Positions 1 to 12,884 of a DNA stretch of 64,000 bases are shown here, in pieces (the stretch's first letter is position 1; the number at the start of each line of letters is the position of its first letter). The stretch covers positions 13,702,001 through 13,766,000 of the forward strand of contig OZ024757.1 of the NCBI GenBank assembly GCA_964016885.1, read 5' to 3'. The translations under genes were made by a program, and so were the position numbers. The notes beneath the pieces are model-generated. The model worked only from the letters and a program-made list of their open reading frames with translations. It did not search any database and was not told the origin of the DNA. The DNA comes from Eledone cirrhosa. Lineage: Eukaryota.

Positions 1-99
1 CTTCCACTGCTAATATTAATACAACTACTGCTACTACTAATAATACTATTACTACCACTGCTAATACTAATGCAACTACTACTACTAATAATAATGTTT

Positions 100-665
100 T
101 CTTTATTAACCACAAGGGTTTACATAAAGTAGACATTAAGGACAGTACAGGACAATACAGGACGGTACAAATGGGCATTTCTGCGTGTAAAAAACAGAGG
201 ATGTAATAAAATAACAAAGAAAAATTCCCCAATAGGGGGGAGACTTCCGAGGGACATTTGTGGAGAAAGCCCATTAAAAGACCACAGTGACCCTGACCAC
301 CAGGGCAAGTGCCCTCTCCCAGTTTTCCACCTTTAATTTACAGACACATACTCAGAGAAGGCCCATTCATTCGGGCCATACTTGCTTCTCTCACCCATCT
401 TTCAACAAAATGCTGGGAAGAAAGCACTTCCCTCTCTACCCTGATTTTCCTTTTCAAATGAAATTTGAAAAAGTTAATCAGGGCATCACCGAAGAGGTAA
501 GTGCTCGTCTTCAGCCCTTTCAAACGTGTCCACCATACTATCTCTTTCGCCATGGCCACCAGACAGATAAAAACTGCCTGCCCTTCCCGGCTAAAGGAAG
601 AGGGCGGGGCAATCCTCACGATGGACTCAGCTGATAGCTGGATCTGTCCTACACGTGACAGCAGC
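100..665 (-). mobile_element. 3' fragment of Tx1/L1-like non-LTR retrotransposon
   Basis: ORF 338-619 (FICLVAMAKEIVWWTRLKG..FKFHLKRKIRVERE) is paralogous to 60103-60705 and shares 3' UTR sequence with it. Flanked by (TAC/TAA)n. Confidence 0.8.
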
Positions 666-2029
666 TACTAATAATAATAACAATGATTTCATTTATTGGC
701 CACAAGGGCCGACATGTAGGGGACAATACAAAGACAGGGGCAGTGGGGGTTTACAATAGGCTCGAGTAAAAGTGCACAATGGCAAGACCAATAACAATAA
801 TACTATTACTACTACTGCTAATACTAATGCTACTACTGCTACTGTTAATGCTGCCATTAACTGCTAAGGCTGGGAAAAATGGGGTAGTGTCCATGGCTTT
901 CACCAGCCCTCAAAAACCCAGATTAAAATGATGTCTTTTGGCATTCTGCTTAACTCTAAACATCCTCTAATGATTTAGCAGAAAATCTAAAAACCGGTTT
1001 GTTGTTAATTTTTAACACCTTTACTAGAAAACAACTCTGCCTTTCATCTTTTTGGGGTTGATAAAATCAAGTACCAGTCAAGTACTAGGGTGGAAGTGTG
1101 TGGTCTAGTGGTAAGGGTGTTGGACTTAAGATCATAATGTTGTGGCTTTGATTCCTGGACTGGTTTGTGTGTTGTGTTCTTGAGTTAAAACACTTCATTT
1201 CACATTACTCCAGTATACTCAGCTGAAAATGAGTACCAGCAATAGCTGGGAGTTTAACCATGCGATAGACTGGCGTCCTATCCAGTGGGGAGTCTCATAG
1301 TGTCTATTTGAGAGTGTGTGTCACGACAGTTGTGGTTTTTTAATGGTCCGTCCTGTTTTTAACTCTTTAGCATTTAAACCAGCCATATCCAGCCAGAATT
1401 CTCTCACCTCTTTCTGTTCTAACCAGCTAAATCTCGTAGATTCAATATTATGTGAGATAAAGTGTTTACCATGAAAATACAATAGTAAATATGAAGAATA
1501 TTGTAAAATGCTAAAGAATTAATCAACTTTGCCCATCCTTCAAATTCTCTAATATCCTTACTATTAGACAGATTGTTGTGAACATATGCAATATTATACT
1601 AAAGATTAGATTTCGAATGTGATGCAGTCATAATGTTGTTTTGTACTTTTCAGAAATATCATGTTTCAAGTGGTTTGTTAATTCAAATATTTATAGCCTC
1701 TTTACTAATGGAAAATTTATAGTATTGGACTAAAGACTTCAATTTTTAATGGTATGCAATCTTAGTGCAGTTTTGTATTTCTCAAGAATATTTTACTCAT
1801 GTGGTTTGTTAGACTTCTGGTGTCCTTGGCCCTAGGACCACCTCACCACTGAATGGTGTCTGTTGAAAGAGCCTCTATGTGGTGGCTCAGCAGGCTAGAA
1901 TTAGCAGCCAAGTCTGCCTCAAATCACTCCTTAATCTAAACTATAATAAAGAAAGGAATGCGGGATTGCGTCCAGAATGTATTTTTTTACCCCGCTTGTA
2001 AAATAAGTTGGATTAGTTTGAATAAATAA

Positions 2030-2210
2030 TTGTTTCTACTTTAGGCACAAGGCCAGCAATTTACCAGTGCATTACTGGTACTTTATTTTATCGACCCCGT
2101 AAGGATGAAAGGCAAAGTCAACCTCGGCGGGATTTGAACTCAGATTGTAAAGGGACGTAACTATGCTCGAAAGCATGGCGTCCGACCCTCTACCGATACT
2201 GCCAATCCAC
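2030..2210 (-). mobile_element. tRNA-headed SINE with Meta/MESC-like central domain
   Basis: A-box-like TGGCAGTATCGG, B box GTTCAAATCC and body gcctttcatccttacggggtcgataaaataaagtaccag. Copies at about 3712-3895, 13668-14330 (three), 25725-25935, 30965-31358 (two), 32930-33097, 50806-50990, 58657-58865 and 63187-63292. Confidence 0.85.
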
Positions 2211-2995
2211 AATAATGAATGAATATTACATAATTTATGTGCTAAATTTTGTGGCTGTTGATTAAATATATTTTATAGCTTATTAAAAGACGTTTAAAAT
2301 TCACTTCTTTAAAATTTTCAAATGTCAACACTTCCGGTTAGCGGCCGTTATAACACTTATAAAAATATTGCATATTTTCCGTCGTTAATTTTCTCCTAAT
2401 GCCGTTTATATATAATATCGTCTTTTTTAAAATGTATCATGGATTACTTTACTGACTACAGAAGACAGTGTAACATAGACTTCGTTCAATTTCTGTGTAT
2501 ATTGTCAATTACGATTTTATTTGATGTATCATATCTACATGTGTATATATTTGTGTATAATATCAATATACACACTACACATGCTAGCAGAAAGCCAACC
2601 GAAAGGTGGGTTTTTTGTTAGTGTCTTTAACAAAGGTGGGAGGTGGAAAAACACAATGGGTAATGTAGTCCTAGTTACCCAATGTCTAAAAAAACGGTTG
2701 GGATGGTCATTGTGGCTTGGAATTCTTTTGATCATATGACAGCTCTGGCAGCTGACCTGGGGTTAAACAATAACAATCTAACCCAATAAAGACTGTAGGA
2801 GGCAAGAACAGCAGTTATTAATTACAAACAAGAATGACAATTAGTAAAAGACATTATAGCTACATCTGTGTATATATGTATCTGTGTGTGCATGTGTATG
2901 TATGCTCTCTGTGTGTGTGGATGTCTATGAGTGTGTATGGTTATATGTGCCTGAGTGGATATCTGTGTGTGAGTGTGTATGTGTGCCTGTGTGGA

Positions 2996-3033
<38 letters not shown>

Positions 3034-3431
3034 GATGCCTGTATGTGTATCTGTGTGGATGTTTCTGTGTGTGTATGTGCCTGTGTGTGTTAGTGTATGT
3101 GTCTTTGTGTCTATGAGTCTGTCTGTCTGTGTGTATGTGTACCAGTGTAGATGTCTGTGTGCATGTGTGTTCGTATGTGTGCTTGTCTGTGTGTTCGTAT
3201 GTGTGCCTGTGTGGATGTCTCTATGTGTGCCTGTGTGGAAGTGTGTGTGCATATCCATATGTATGTACTTATGTGTGTGTGTGAGTCTATACCTGATGAT
3301 GATGATGAAATCCACCCCCCCCCCCACTTCTACAGTTGTTTATTGTTGTTGTTGTTGTTCTATATTGTTATTGCTACTTATTGTTATCTAAATATGCCAC
3401 CACAGCAACTACACTAGGATCTGTTTTCACC

Positions 3432-3467
<36 letters not shown>

Positions 3468-4122
3468 ATTAAAATACAGGAGCGTGTTGGATTTAAACAC
3501 CCTCTTAGTATTATAGAAATGACAGTAAAAGGTATAGCTCAATGTAATTAAACAGAGCTGAATGCTGTTAATGATGGAAATGTGTATTGATGTATATGTA
3601 TATGTGCATATGTGCGTACGTGTGTGTGTATATATATACATATGTATATTGTGCCTTTTAATTTTAATTTTAATTTTAATTTTAATATTGTTACAAGTAT
3701 ATTATATTATTGGATTGGCAGTATCGGTAGAGGGTCGGACGCCATGCTTTCCAGCATAGTTACGTCCCTTTATGATCTGAGTTCAAATCCCGCCGAGGTT
3801 GACTTTGCCTTTCATCCTCACGGGGTCGATAAAATAAAGTACCAGTAATGCACTGGGTATTTTGCTGGCCTTGTGCCTAAAGTAGAAACAATTATATTAT
3901 ATTGTATTACATATAGTACTATAATTCCCGCTCTATATAACCACCTTTGTTTAGCTCTAGTTTTTTGCTTTGAACTATATTTGTAATATGGTTCAAAATG
4001 TTATCCACCTCCTTAGTGATTTTTATTATATATTTTTACCCATAATTTTCCAATACTTTAGTGTATGTACACTCCATATTCTTCGGAGTTTTCGGCTTGT
4101 ATTGGCCGATAGTGCTCCTGGT

Positions 4123-4181
4123 AGTTTTAATTGCCCTGATGAGTCCTTAATAGGACGAAACATTGTTGGCTAATAAAGACT
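4123..4181 (+). ncRNA. Type I hammerhead ribozyme motif
   Basis: gcc CTGATGA GTCC ttaata GGAC GAAA C att G TT ggc. Stem I extends imperfectly (agtttta/taaagact). Confidence 0.8.
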
Positions 4182-5049
4182 TTTGATGTATTGAAGGCTT
4201 CTTTGTTTTATTTTCATATATATATATATATAGTATTGTGGCTCACTGAGGTCAACTTTGCCTTTGATGTTTACAAAGTCAATAAAAAAACATCAGGTCC
4301 AGTATTGTGGCTCACTGAGGTCAACTTTGTCTTTGATGTTTACAAAGTCAATAAAAAAATAATAATATGGGTCCAGTATCAGTCATTTCTTCTATATATC
4401 TCTTTCTGACTTCCTCTCTATCACTCTCTATATATATATCCTTCACTGGAAGAAATCAGCTGTGTTCAGATTTAGAGAGGGGATGGGCTCTACCAGGTCT
4501 AACCCTTTAGCATTTAAACCGGCTATTTCTGGCCAGAATTTTCACAGAGATGAAGAGAGCAGGAGAGAAGGTAGCAGTGACAGTGGGAGTTTGGTTCTTT
4601 TGTGTTCAGACCTGGTGTATATAAATGTACTTGCAAAGTACATTTGGTTCTTAACCCTTTAACATTTAAACTGGCAATATATCCAGCCAGAATTCTCTCA
4701 CCTCTTTCTGTTCAAACCAGTTGTAACCGGCCACTCATACTGATGTTATGGTATTGGAGCAACGTGAAATAAAGTGTCTTGCTGAAGGAAACAACACATC
4801 ATCCGGTTTGAGAATTGAACTCACAACCTTTCGATTGCAAGCCCAATGCTCTAACCACTAAGCCATGCGCCTTCACATGCTTTGTGGCATGGAGTTACAG
4901 TCCTTTACGTAGAGTAATGTAAATGGTAAAGGGTTAAAATGCCCAAGGTTTAAATGCTAAAGGGTTAAAATGCCCAAGACATGCTGTATGTCAGTACAGT
5001 GCTCTTGTGATTCCATTAGGAGTTATGCTTAACATACAATTTAAAACAT

Positions 5050-5472
5050 TGATGGCAGCAACTGCGGAGGATATGCGACGGCTGGAGAAAAATGAAGCAA
5101 GCATGCCCCGTTTGGATGTGCAATGTCAATGTGCATGAACAACCAAGCATAGACGAGTAGAGAGAAAAACTGTATATAAGTGGGATAGGCTGTAGTGTGC
5201 GGGAGAGAAGACTGCGTTGGTATGGACATGTGATGTGCATGGATGATGACCGTTGGGTCAAGAAGTGCCAAGAAATCCCAGTAGAAGGAAGATGCAGTAG
5301 AGGAAGACCACGAAAATCATGGGCAGAGGTGGTGAGAGCTGACCTCAGATCGCTGAAGCTCACCGAGGAGATGACGAAGGACCATGATGAATGGAGAGAT
5401 GCTGTGCTGAATAGGACCCGTCCCACATTTGCAAGCAGGGAAAAGCGGATGTATGATGATGATGATGATGAT
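5050..5472 (+). mobile_element. RTE LINE 3' fragment with (GAT)n tail
   Basis: RERRLRWYGHVMCM..GRPRKSW..WRDAV, similar to the C-terminus of the 19223-20146 ORF. Ends in a gatgat tail. Confidence 0.85.
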
Positions 5473-6029
5473 AGTGGTGGTGGTTATGGTAGCGATGGTG
5501 ATGGTTGTGGTGGTGATGATTACTGATGACAATGATGATGGTGGTTATGGTAATGATGGTGATGGAGATAGTGATGTTGGTGATGGTTGTGGTGGTGATG
5601 ATTATATGACAATGATGATAATGATGGTGGTGGTGGTGGCAGAAATATTGATGGAAGAGGTACAAGTGGAATGAATTATAAGGAAATATATCCCCTCCTT
5701 CTCTTCCACTTCATCCTCCTCATCTGTTACCCATTGTCAATAGGGAAACCCTAACAATGAACAAAGGAAGGAAATACAAACAGGAGATGAGAAAAATATG
5801 TGTTTGTGTCTCTTTACCTTAGCCCTTTAGCATTTAAACCAGCTGTATCCGGCCAGAATTCTCTCACCTCTTTCTGTTCAAACCAGCAATAATTAGCCAC
5901 TCATACTGATGTTAAGGTATTGTTCTCAAAATAAATAATATCAAAAAACTCATAGATTCGATATTATGTGAGACAATTATGTGAGGTAAAGCCTTTATCG
6001 TGAAAATATAATAGTATATATATAGAGTA

Positions 6030-6378
6030 ATCATCATCATCATCATCATTTCATTTTACATCCGCTTTTCCCTTCTTGCAAGGGTGGGACGAGAACTGAT
6101 GCTGGCTTGATTTCTACAGCTGGATGCCCTTCCTAACACTGACCTCATTTACAGTGAGTGCTGGGTGCTTTTTTGCCATGGCACCTCCACGACCACTTTG
6201 CAGTGGAATGATAGGGACTGGAGTCCCTATCATCTCATTTCTACAGCTGAGTAAACTGGAGAAATGTCAAATAAAGTGTCTTGCTCAAGGAAACAACACA
6301 TCACCCGGTCTGAGAATTGAACCCACAACCTTTCGATTGCAAAGCCAATGCTCTAACCACTAAGCCATGTGTCTCCAT
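6030..6378 (-). mobile_element. Full-length tRNA/CORE-type SINE with RTE-derived tail, inserted in a MITE
   Basis: TGGCTTAGTGG A box, GGTTCAATTC B box, CORE-like ttccttgagcaagacacttta and tail ..gaaaagcggatgtaaaatga(gat)n. Relatives at about 1090-1290, 4755-4877, 14503-14732, 16281-16612, 52670-52795 and 59215-59350. Confidence 0.85.
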
Positions 6379-6941
6379 GTAAATGCTAAAGGGTTAATGT
6401 GTGTGAGTTTTTACCTGTGTTTGTGTGTGATTGTTTTTGTTTGTGTATGTGTATGTGCTTATGTCTTTGTGTGTGTGCATGTGCCTGTATCTCTGTATGT
6501 GTGTGTGTGTGCTCTTGTTACCACCATCATCCTCACTCTGATCCATATGCAGGACCTTTGAAGGTCATGCCCCAGTATGGGGCATGACCTTCAACCCTTG
6601 ATAGCAGGGAAAACGGCCGTTAAAATGCCGATTATATATATATATACAATAAAGTAAGCCCATAGAATCATTTGATAAAATATATACATTATTTCCTCTC
6701 CCAATCAGCATAATCAACCACACAAAAAAAACAATTAAACAAGGCTATAAGATTAAAAGGCACCTATGAAGAAATAATAGATAAATAAACGACAGCTATC
6801 TATCCGCGATCAACAGCTATAAAATATGTACCCAGCATTTCTAATAGCACGTGGAGATCGATTAAATATATCGTCAACCATACACAATTAGGTATAAAAT
6901 CAAAGTTAGAAGAAAAAAATTATATAAGCAAACCAAAATTA

Positions 6942-7026
6942 TGTTTCTACCCCATATGGTTTCATTCGCTTTTTGGAAATATCCGATGAAGGATAAATTG
7001 ACAAGTTTAGAAATCATCAGGAAACA
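6942..7026 (-). ncRNA. Type I hammerhead motif with extended loop II
   Basis: TGTTTC CTGATGA tTTC..(TATCC/GGATA hairpin)..GAAt GAAA CC atatgg GG TA GAAACA. Confidence 0.7.
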
Positions 7027-7392
7027 AACTCACTTGGACGAAGATTTTTCTTAAATGATCCCCACCAGAAACGAATTCAAAATGGCTAAGAACTGTGACG
7101 TGGCAGTGGTCAAGTCAGAAAGAATGTGATTGGTGCCTTATGGCGAGTGAGCTGGTTGCTAGAAAGCACAGCCTAATACTGCCTAAATTGCATCTCAACC
7201 ATATGGGAGATTATCAAATATAAAGATTTACATATACATAAACTAGACAAAGTCATAGATATATATATATGTTTTTGGCAACCATTCACGATGTGGCTCA
7301 ATGACAAATTAATTAATTAAATAATCAACAATCAGAGCAATATATAATAAAGCATGTCCATAGAATCATTTGATAAAATATATACATTATTT

Positions 7393-7452
<60 letters not shown>

Positions 7453-7459
7453 CCAGCCT

Positions 7460-7840
7460 TGCCTAAGTACAAACCAAAACCTACAGTCAGTAGGCACCTC
7501 TTAACAAAAATACACCCCCGTCCCACTACCCCCACCCCATCCACACCACCCCTTTCAATGTAAAGTTATGTTGGTACCATAACATCCAGTCCGAAACAAA
7601 TGAGGTCGTGTAGGTGTCACGACAAAAAAATACACAGTCCTCGCTGTAATGTGGCCGTGTAGGTAACACGGTAAAAACCTCCCAGTCCACACTGTAACCG
7701 TGGTTGGTGTTAGGAAGGGCATCCAGCCGTAGAAAACCCACCAGACAGTCCTATACGAGCAAGACAACCAATCTTGCCTCAAGTGGGAAAACTCCCGTCC
7801 AAACCCATGCAAGCGTGGAAGATGGACGTTAAGCGATGAT
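7460..7840 (+). mobile_element. RTE LINE 3' UTR copy
   Basis: Reverse-complement match to the LINE 3' UTR at 18845-19230. Another copy lies at about 12470-12753. Confidence 0.8.
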
Positions 7841-8414
7841 GTATATATATATAATATATAATATATATATATATTATATACATATATATATAATATATAT
7901 ATGCCCAGAACCCCCACACACACCCCCTCTTCACAAAAACAAAAGATTTTTCCCAGACATCAACCATCAACCATCCAGTCACAATAATTTTGGCAGAGAA
8001 GGAAAGGATGACACTGCTACTGCTTAATGATAATGGTGGCAGTGGTGGGGATGGAGGAGGTGATGACTGTAGTTATGGGGATTGTGGAGGCAGCAGCAGT
8101 GGTGGTGGTGGTGGTGATGGTGGTGATAGTGGTGGTGGTGGTGAGGATGGAAAGGTGACAACTTGACACATTTCACACATTTATGAACAGTAAATAGTTT
8201 TAACATTTACAATTGTCAATACACACACACATATATACATATATACATATATACAGACAGACAGACATACACATACATGTATATGTATAGCCACCTATTT
8301 CAGAGACAAGGTGTAAATAGGGAGGAGGGGTGGGGAAGAGGAGGAGCAGTGAGAAGTGGAACCAATGTCAACAAGTCTTAAACAAAACTGACCTTTTCTT
8401 CATCTCTCAGACTC

Positions 8415-9575
8415 AAGATACACACACATATACACACACACACACACATAACATATACACACATACACATATATACACACACTCTTCTAACATATATACA
8501 CACACACATAACATACACACACATACACATATATACACACACACACACATAACATATACACACATACACATATATACACACATTCTTCTAACATATATAC
8601 ACACACACACATAACATATACACACATACAGATATATACACACACTCTCCTATCATATATACAAGACACATACAACATATATACACACACATAACATATA
8701 CACACACACATATAACATGTACACACACATATATACATGACACACACAACGACAACGTATTCACAAGACACACACACAATATACATACACAAGACATACA
8801 TATACACAACATATTACAAGACACACACACACATACATACACATACACAACATATACAAGACACACACACACATACATACACAAGACATACATATACACA
8901 ACATATACAAGACACACACACAACATACATACACAAGACATACACATACACAACATATACAAGACACTCACACACATACATACACAAGACATACATATAC
9001 ACAACATATACAAAAGACACACACACAACATACATACACAAGACATACATATACACAACATATACAAAAGACACACACACAACATACATACACAAGAAAT
9101 ACATATACACAACATATACAAGACACACACACACATACATACACACAACATATACAAGACACACACACACATACATACACAAGACATACATATACACAAC
9201 ATATACAAAAGACACACACACACATACACAACATATACAAAAGACACATGACAAATGGTCCTTTTATGTATAATACTAGAAATAACAGTGGTAATAATGT
9301 TGGTTGTGATGATGGTGGTGCTGGTGATGGTGGTGGTAGTGGTGATGGTGGCAGCAGTGGTGGTAGTTGTGGTGATGGTGATGGTGGCAGCAGTGGTGGT
9401 GGTGGTTGTGGTGATGGTGGCAGCAGTGGTGGTGGTTGTGGTGATGGTGGCAGCAGTGGTGGTAGTTGTGGTGATGGTGATGGTGGCAGCAGTGGTGGTG
9501 GTTGTGACATTGGTAGCACATACAAAACACACACAATATATATACAAGACACACACACACACACACACACACACA
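8415..9575. repeat. CA-rich minisatellite followed by a GGT/GCA array
   Basis: Repeating acacaacatatacaagac units, then a trinucleotide array. Confidence 0.85.
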
Positions 9576-9929
9576 AAGCCCTTTTTATGAACAACAGTGA
9601 AACTAGTAGTGGTGGTGGTAGTCAATTGTACTGGATGTAGTGGTAGTGGTAGAGCTAGTTGTAGTAGTTATAGTGGTGGTGCTGGTGATTGTATAGGTTG
9701 TTGTTCTTTTAAGGGCAGTAGCACTTTCCTGACATTTCTACATTATTCTATGTACTATTCATGCACCTTTGATGAGCTGTAGTGCACCTGAGCACTGTAC
9801 ACAATAATTTTCACTATATTATATTATATAACTAAGAAGAACTTCTGGTAACTAATGGGACCAATTGTTTTCTTGCTTTTTGGGGAGATGGGGGAGACTG
9901 CTGACAAAATTCTAACAGTTTAATCCTCT

Positions 9930-10190
9930 TGGTAAAATCTGTCCAGGGATTCTTTCCTGAGACATTCTAACCCTTTGCCCATAATATCGGAGCTGTGATA
10001 TCGCTTGGCAGAACCAACCAGCAGGAGACTCAGAAGAAGACCCCGAGCAAGATAGTTGAATAACATCCATGAACTTGGTTGGTCTCACTTCGGGATCAGT
10101 TGGAGACAGTTGCTTATTACAGGACCCGCTGGAAGGAGTGTTTGAGAACTCTGCCCCCATGACCCCCCAAGAATAAGTGGGCTAAGAAGA
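9930..10190 (-). mobile_element. RTE-like LINE 3' fragment (family of the 97-bp satellite source); plus-strand LINE sequence joined to an inverted piece
   Basis: SQLRYYGQRVRMSQERIPG on the minus strand plus 3'-end sequence on the plus strand. Homologous to 37140-37400 and 52920-53450. Confidence 0.7.
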
Positions 10191-10687
10191 ACCCTCTTGG
10201 TACCAAACCACTCTAGATTTATAATACAAAACTGAAAAATTAATAAGCAGAGGGTGGACAAATTATCGTAGACCTGAGAGAAGCTACCTCTACCATGCAG
10301 GTATTAAGGAAGGTAATTGGAGATGAAACAAATCAAATGTGGCATTTCTTTATATATTTAATCATTTTAAACATCTTTATTAAGCTAGTAAGCCATGACT
10401 AAGAGAGTTATCTAATACACCTTAGAATTAAGAAACAAAAAAAAAACACAAGAGAGAGACTGAGAGAGAGAAAAAGTGAAGAAAAAGTGAGAAAACAGAA
10501 GGCAAAAGAAACAAAAATAAGAAAAAAAAGATGAAAAACAAGAACATCTATAAAGTTTTATGTAAATTTTAAATATCTTTTTTTCAATTCTAAAGGTGAG
10601 ATTAAATGTCTCTGAAATTATCATCAACCTATCCTTAGTCATTACATATTCTCATTTTGTTTTGAGTGGAAATAAAATAAAATAAAA

Positions 10688-10731
<44 letters not shown>

Positions 10732-10785
10732 AAAAAGATGTAAAAAATGAATAAGCAATAAAAAACAAAATAATAAATAACTCAC

Positions 10786-10893
10786 AGTTTTTCTAAGAAT
10801 CTGGATGATGCTTCCATACGATAGCTATCTTTTGGATCGAGTTCCTTGATTTTCATTGCCAGTTCTCGGATATCACGGGATAAACCTTTGTAT
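10786..10893 (-). CDS. IMP3: IMP3 coding exon 2
   Basis: Acceptor ..tttttaccAG, then 108 nt in phase with exon 1: (K)YKGLSRDIRELAMKIKELDPKDSYRMEASSRFLEK(L), then a GTGAG donor. Aligns to IMP3 [36 protein letters not shown]. Later exons were not found in the window. Confidence 0.93.
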
Positions 10894-10982
10894 CTGGTAA
10901 AAAGAAATATGGAATATGAGAGCTGTTGTTACAGTAGAAATAAATTATATGTTAACCTTTTCATTACCATCATCATCATTGT

Positions 10983-12239
10983 TTAACCCTTTAGCATTTA
11001 AACTGGCTATATCCGGCCAGAATTCTCCCACCTCTCTCTGTTCAAACCAGCCATAACCGGCTGCTTATTCCAACGTTAAGGTATTGTTCTCAAAATAAAT
11101 AATGTCAACATCAAAATCTTGTAAATTTGATATTATGTGAGAGAAAGCCTTTACCGCAAAAATACAATAGTAGAGTAATGTAAATGCTAAACACTTTAGC
11201 ATTTAAACCGGCTATATCCGGCCAGAATTCTCTCACCTCTTTCTGTCCAAACTGGCCATAACCAGCTGCTCATACTTATGTTAAGGTACTGTTCTCAAAA
11301 TAAATATCAAAATCTCATAGATTTGATATTATTTGAGATAACTATGTGAGGTAAAGACTTTACCATGAAAATACAATAGTATATATAGAGTAATGTAAAT
11401 GCTAAGGGGTTAAAGTATTGTTCTCAAAATAAATAATGTCATCATCAAAATCTTGTAAATTTGATATTATGTGAAATAAAGCCTTTACTGCAAAAATACA
11501 ATAGTAGAGTAATGTAAATGCTAAATGTAAATGCATAATGCCTATTTTCCATACTGTTTTTGGAATGTCTGTTTTCCATACTGTTTTTGGATGTCCTTCC
11601 TAACACCAACTACATTGCAGTGTGGATTGGATGCTTTATTATTGTGACACCAAAACACCCACATACAGAATGGACTGGGTGCTTTTTGTTGTGTCACCAG
11701 CAAGATATTTATAATTTTTAAAAAAACCATTGCTTATGATTTTCAAATAATATCGAAATTAATAAAGAATTTGGTGACATTTAGTAATATAACTTACTTT
11801 CTCATTATTTACCTGCTGCTTGACAAGATTTTGTATAAAACTATAATTAACCCTTTAGCATTTAAACCGGCCATAATTCCCTTATTTCATTCTGTTCAAA
11901 CTGGCTGTAACTGGCTGCTCATCTAACATTAAGGTATTATTCTCAAAATCTCATAGATTCGATATTATGTAAGATAATTGTGAGATAAAGCCTTTACTGT
12001 GAAAATAGTATATATAGAGTAATATGAATGCTAAAGGGTTAAACCGGCTGTATCCAGCCAGAATTTTCTCACCTCTTTTTGTTCAAACTGAATGTAACCA
12101 GTTGCTCATACTGACATTAAGGTATTGTTCTCAAAATAAATAATATCAAAATCTCAGAGATTCGATATTATGTGAAGTAAAGCCTTCACCATTAAAATAC
12201 AATAGTATATATAGAGTAATGTAAATGGTAATGGGTTAA
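10983..12239 (+). mobile_element. Cluster of piggyBac-type MITEs (about 200 bp each)
   Basis: Ends TTAA-CCCTTTAGCATTTA ... TAAATGCTAAAGGG-TTAA, several in tandem. Other copies at about 1359-1522, 4651-4968, 5819-6397 and 54868-55082 (reverse). Confidence 0.8.
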
Positions 12240-12848
12240 AGGTTTTTAAATAATAATATACTAGCAGGGAATATGGAGGTTAAATAACAATGATGATGAT
12301 ATAGGCACAGGCATGGTTGTGTGGTTAAGGAGGCTTTTCTGCAACCACATGATTTTGTATAGTTACCCATTGTGTGGTACCTTGGGCAAGTGTCTTCTGC
12401 TATAGCCTTGGACTGACCAATGAAAGAAATCTGGCACACAGAAACTATGTAGAAGTCTGTCATATATATGTTGGTACCATAACATCCAGTCCAAACTAAT
12501 GAGGTTGTGTAGGTGTCACGACAAAAAAAATACAGTCCACGCTGTAATGTGGTTGAGTAGGTAACACAGTAAAAAGCTCCCAGACCACACTGTAAATGTG
12601 GTTGGTGTTAGGAAGGGCATCCAGCCGTAGAAAACCTGCCAGATAGTCCTATACGAGCGAGACATGGTCACCCGACCAATCTTGCCTCAAGTGGGACAAT
12701 TCCCGTCTAACCCATGCTAGCGTGGAAGATGGATGTTAAACGATGATGATGATATATATATATATATATGTATATAGTTAATAAAGGAAACAAACAAAAT
12801 ACAGGAGGCAATTTTACATAGTTATATTAGCTTCAAGCTTGGAGGAAG

Positions 12849-12884
12849 TTTTAACATTTCAGACAGAGGTCCTTCTTCAGGAAA
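12849..12884 (-). ncRNA. Minimal hammerhead-like motif with weak stem I
   Basis: CTGAAGA a GGAC ctct GTCT GAAA TG TT. Confidence 0.45.

Noticed and set aside
3293-3310. CTGATGA...GAAA
   Set aside because: Part of a (GAT)n microsatellite, with no stems.
10190-10235. Possible IMP3 exon 3 (SGLVPRG resembles LGLVPTRG)
   Set aside because: There is an in-frame stop immediately upstream, the phase is wrong, and no SSFCRRRL follows.
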